From a virus: a stretch of DNA of 64,000 nucleotides. The stretch spans positions 1 to 64,000 of IMG/VR virus record IMGVR_UViG_3300044445_000048. One strand, 5' to 3'. Shown piece after piece: positions 62,296-64,000 of this stretch. How positions within the stretch are numbered: position 1 is the stretch's first letter; each line of letters starts with the position of its first letter. The notes under the pieces were generated by a model, which worked only from the letters and a program-made list of their open reading frames with translations, made no database searches and was not told the origin of the DNA. The position numbers and the translations under genes are program-made.

Positions 62296-62660
62296 AGGTA
62301 GCCGAGTCCGATCGAGACGACGTAGACCGGCTTGCCGTTGATCTCGGCCGGCATGCCCATCGCCGTGCCCGTCACCAGGATGATCGCGCCGACCCGCTCG
62401 TGCGCGGCGTACCGCTCAAGCTGGCGGTAGATCGACCGCTTAGGATACTTGGCCTTCGCCTCGAGCACGACGTCGCCGCACATGAAATCGGGGCGATCGG
62501 CGGGGCTCAGCTTCACCTCCCGGCCGAAGTCGACGCCCATCGTGTTGAGCACGCTCTCGATCGACGCCTGCAACGCGGATTCGGGCGTTGCGCGCAGGCG
62601 ATGCCGGCCGAGCTCGGTGGCGATATCGGCGGCGTGTTCGTGATACGGTTTCTCAGTCAT
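62292..62660 (-). CDS. VRR-NUC (PD-(D/E)xK) nuclease
   Basis: ADRPDFMCGDVVLEAKAK gives the D...(D/E)xK core. At 122 aa it is coupled by a GTGA overlap to the SNF2 gene, a pairing I recall as common in phages. Confidence 0.7.
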   Translation of the reverse strand: MTEKPYHEHAADIATELGRHRLRATPESALQASIESVLNTMGVDFGREVKLSPADRPDFMCGDVVLEAKAKYPKRSIYRQLERYAAHERVGAIILVTGTAMGMPAEINGKPVYVVSIGLGYL

Positions 62661-62965
62661 TCGGATGGCCTCATGAATTTCTCGAGCCGCGCGAGCCTAT
62701 CGCGCAGCTTCCATACTTCCTTCTGACGCTCGACCGCGCCGCGTTGCAATGCGCCGACCTGGTCGCTTAGCCTTTCGACCAGCGCGCGGAGCTCGGCAAT
62801 GCCGCCGGGCGGATCTCCGCAGGTGCAACCATCCGGGCCGTAGACCGCGGCACCCATGCATCCGGGCATGAGCATGCGCTCGCCCTCGTGGACGATGTAG
62901 TGGCAGCGGTCGCGATCGATGATGGCGGCGCGGTGGGCGTCGAGATCGTCGCTGGTCGGTTTCAC
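62657..62965 (-). CDS. hypothetical Cys-containing coiled-coil protein (102 aa, GTG start)
   Basis: GTGA overlap at the start. The motif CHYIVHEG...PGCMG...DGCTCG is followed by a heptad-like C-terminus. Confidence 0.5.
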   Translation of the reverse strand: MKPTSDDLDAHRAAIIDRDRCHYIVHEGERMLMPGCMGAAVYGPDGCTCGDPPGGIAELRALVERLSDQVGALQRGAVERQKEVWKLRDRLARLEKFMRPSE

Positions 62966-63270
62966 TCGTCGGTCCACCCGAACATGCGGTTGATCTCGGT
63001 CTCGTCGAGGCGGCCGTTCTTCTCCGCGAGATTGGCGAGGCGCACGAGCGCATCCCAGAATTGATGAAAGCGCCAATCGAGCCGGGGCTTGTTCCGCCGC
63101 GGCCCCTTGTACCCCCATCCGTGCTTCTTCGCGGTGCGGAAGAAGGCGTGATACGCGCGCCGCCGCCGCGATCGGGGCGGGCAATGCTTCCGCCAATGCG
63201 TTGAGCAGATCCACGTCGTCTCATACCGGCCCGTCTGGGCGGTGCAGCCCTCGATAGCGCAGCGGATCAC
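62962..63270 (-). CDS. hypothetical zinc-finger-like protein (102 aa, GTG start)
   Basis: GTGA overlap at the start. It contains VIRCAIEGCTAQTGRYETTWICSTHWRKHC. Confidence 0.5.
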   Translation of the reverse strand: MIRCAIEGCTAQTGRYETTWICSTHWRKHCPPRSRRRRAYHAFFRTAKKHGWGYKGPRRNKPRLDWRFHQFWDALVRLANLAEKNGRLDETEINRMFGWTDE

Positions 63271-63617
63271 AGGAGCGGCGCGACCACGGCGGCGGGATCG
63301 AGCGGCGCGTCGGTCTCGCAACCGGCGTCCACCAGGCAGTCGACGCACGGCGGATAGCGGACGTCGACGCCGCCGGCTAAGCCCTGCTCGGGATTGAGGG
63401 ACCAACAGGGCGGATCGCCGGCGGCGGCGCACCGCTCGGTGCAGGCGTCGCGGAGTTTCTCGTCGACCTCGAACATCGTCCAATCAGGCTTTGCCACCGG
63501 CTTCTCCACTGGTTTCACGCTGAGCAGGTTCATCTGATACGCACCCGGCCAGCCTTGCAGGTGCTCCGGCAAGGCATCGCCCGATTGGCACGCGCGGCAG
63601 AAGCACCTGTCGGTCAC
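63267..63617 (-). CDS. hypothetical Cys-rich protein (116 aa, GTG start)
   Basis: GTGA overlap at the start. About ten Cys residues are present (VTDRCFCRAC...PPCWS...PPCVDCLVDAGC). Confidence 0.5.
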   Translation of the reverse strand: MTDRCFCRACQSGDALPEHLQGWPGAYQMNLLSVKPVEKPVAKPDWTMFEVDEKLRDACTERCAAAGDPPCWSLNPEQGLAGGVDVRYPPCVDCLVDAGCETDAPLDPAAVVAPLL

Positions 63618-63847
63618 GACTTGCGTTGCTCCTCGTAGACCAAGGCGTTCTGGATGCCGGCGATCCGGATCTTGCAAGCGTCTTGCTCACGCCGCTGGAT
63701 CTTCCGGACGCGCCGGCTGTCCATGTCGTCGAACTGCCCGATCGGGAACGGGCCTGCGATTGCGGTTTGCAGGCGGAGCTCGCGCTCGAGATCGCCCATG
63801 AGCGATTCCTGAGCGACGCTGAGCGGCAGCGTCATCTTGACGTTCAT
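63614..63847 (-). CDS. hypothetical protein (77 aa)
   Basis: ATG 63847 overlaps the upstream stop (ATGA). Confidence 0.5.
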   Translation of the reverse strand: MNVKMTLPLSVAQESLMGDLERELRLQTAIAGPFPIGQFDDMDSRRVRKIQRREQDACKIRIAGIQNALVYEEQRKS

Positions 63848-64000
63848 GCCAGCACCTCGACCACCGGAGCGTCGGCGGCGATCTTCTTCACCCGCGCGAT
63901 ATCGGCGATCACCGCGCTCCGCTTCGCGAACGCCTGTTCGGACACAGCGATCACGCGGCCGCCGGCGGCGAGCCGCAGGTTCCACATGAGTTTGCCCTCA
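63844..64000 (-). CDS. YegP/DUF1508-like protein, C-terminal fragment (5' end outside the window)
   Basis: It reads ...KLMWNLRLAAGGRVIAVSEQAFAKRSAVIADIARVKKIAADAPVVEVLA. This follows the repeat pattern W-F-L-x-A-x-NG-x-x-I-A-x-S-E-x-Y...I-x-x-VK. Confidence 0.5.
   Translation of the reverse strand, partial: EGKLMWNLRLAAGGRVIAVSEQAFAKRSAVIADIARVKKIAADAPVVEVLA

Overview
This high-GC window (roughly 65%, judged by eye) is phage DNA from end to end. I saw no rRNA, CRISPR, transposase, integrase or obvious host housekeeping genes, so I cannot tell a prophage from a virion genome. All function calls rest on motifs I recognise in the translations; no database search was run.

Layout:
1. 1-8275: leftward early operon. 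It holds a DUF5131/Gp37-Gp68-like protein, a LexA-N-terminal-like wHTH, a HerA/FtsK-like P-loop ATPase, a RecT/Redbeta-type annealing protein and many small ORFs chained by GTGA/ATGA/TTGA start-stop overlaps.
2. 8276-8387: AT-richer divergent control region.
3. 8388-13427: rightward early and replication genes (Cro/XRE-like HTH, RuvC-like resolvase, MT-A70 methyltransferase, DnaB helicase, HTH replication-organiser-like protein).
4. 13424-41928: lambda-like late operon.
   - Packaging and head: small terminase candidate, GpA-type large terminase, gpW, lambda-type portal, S49 protease, scaffold-like protein, gpD-like decoration protein, gpE-like major capsid, connector candidates.
   - Tail: major tail candidate, strong terminator, RNA island, tail chaperone with a candidate -1 frameshift, 1977-aa tape measure, distal tail proteins.
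   - Lysis: M15 endolysin plus membrane and lipoprotein partners.
5. 42048-53992: leftward operon with an ATP-dependent DNA ligase, a beta-clamp fusion and mostly unknown proteins.
6. 54385-60460: rightward module whose 55.8-59.2 kb part is visibly lower in GC3. It encodes a Calx-beta giant protein and three signal-peptide proteins, one of them collagen-like.
7. 60457-64000: leftward operon with an SNF2-HNH helicase, a VRR-NUC nuclease, Cys-rich small proteins and a YegP-like fragment.

Most unusual is the ~700-nt non-coding island at 24930-25623 inside the tail operon. Two canonical tRNAs (an initiator-like Met and a Trp) flank ~540 nt of densely structured RNA. That RNA contains a complete but circularly permuted tRNA-shaped module with a capped acceptor stem and a second 71-nt cloverleaf.

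Several real genes and signals fall outside the supplied ORF track: small GTG-start genes, a -1 frameshift extension, and many corrected start codons.
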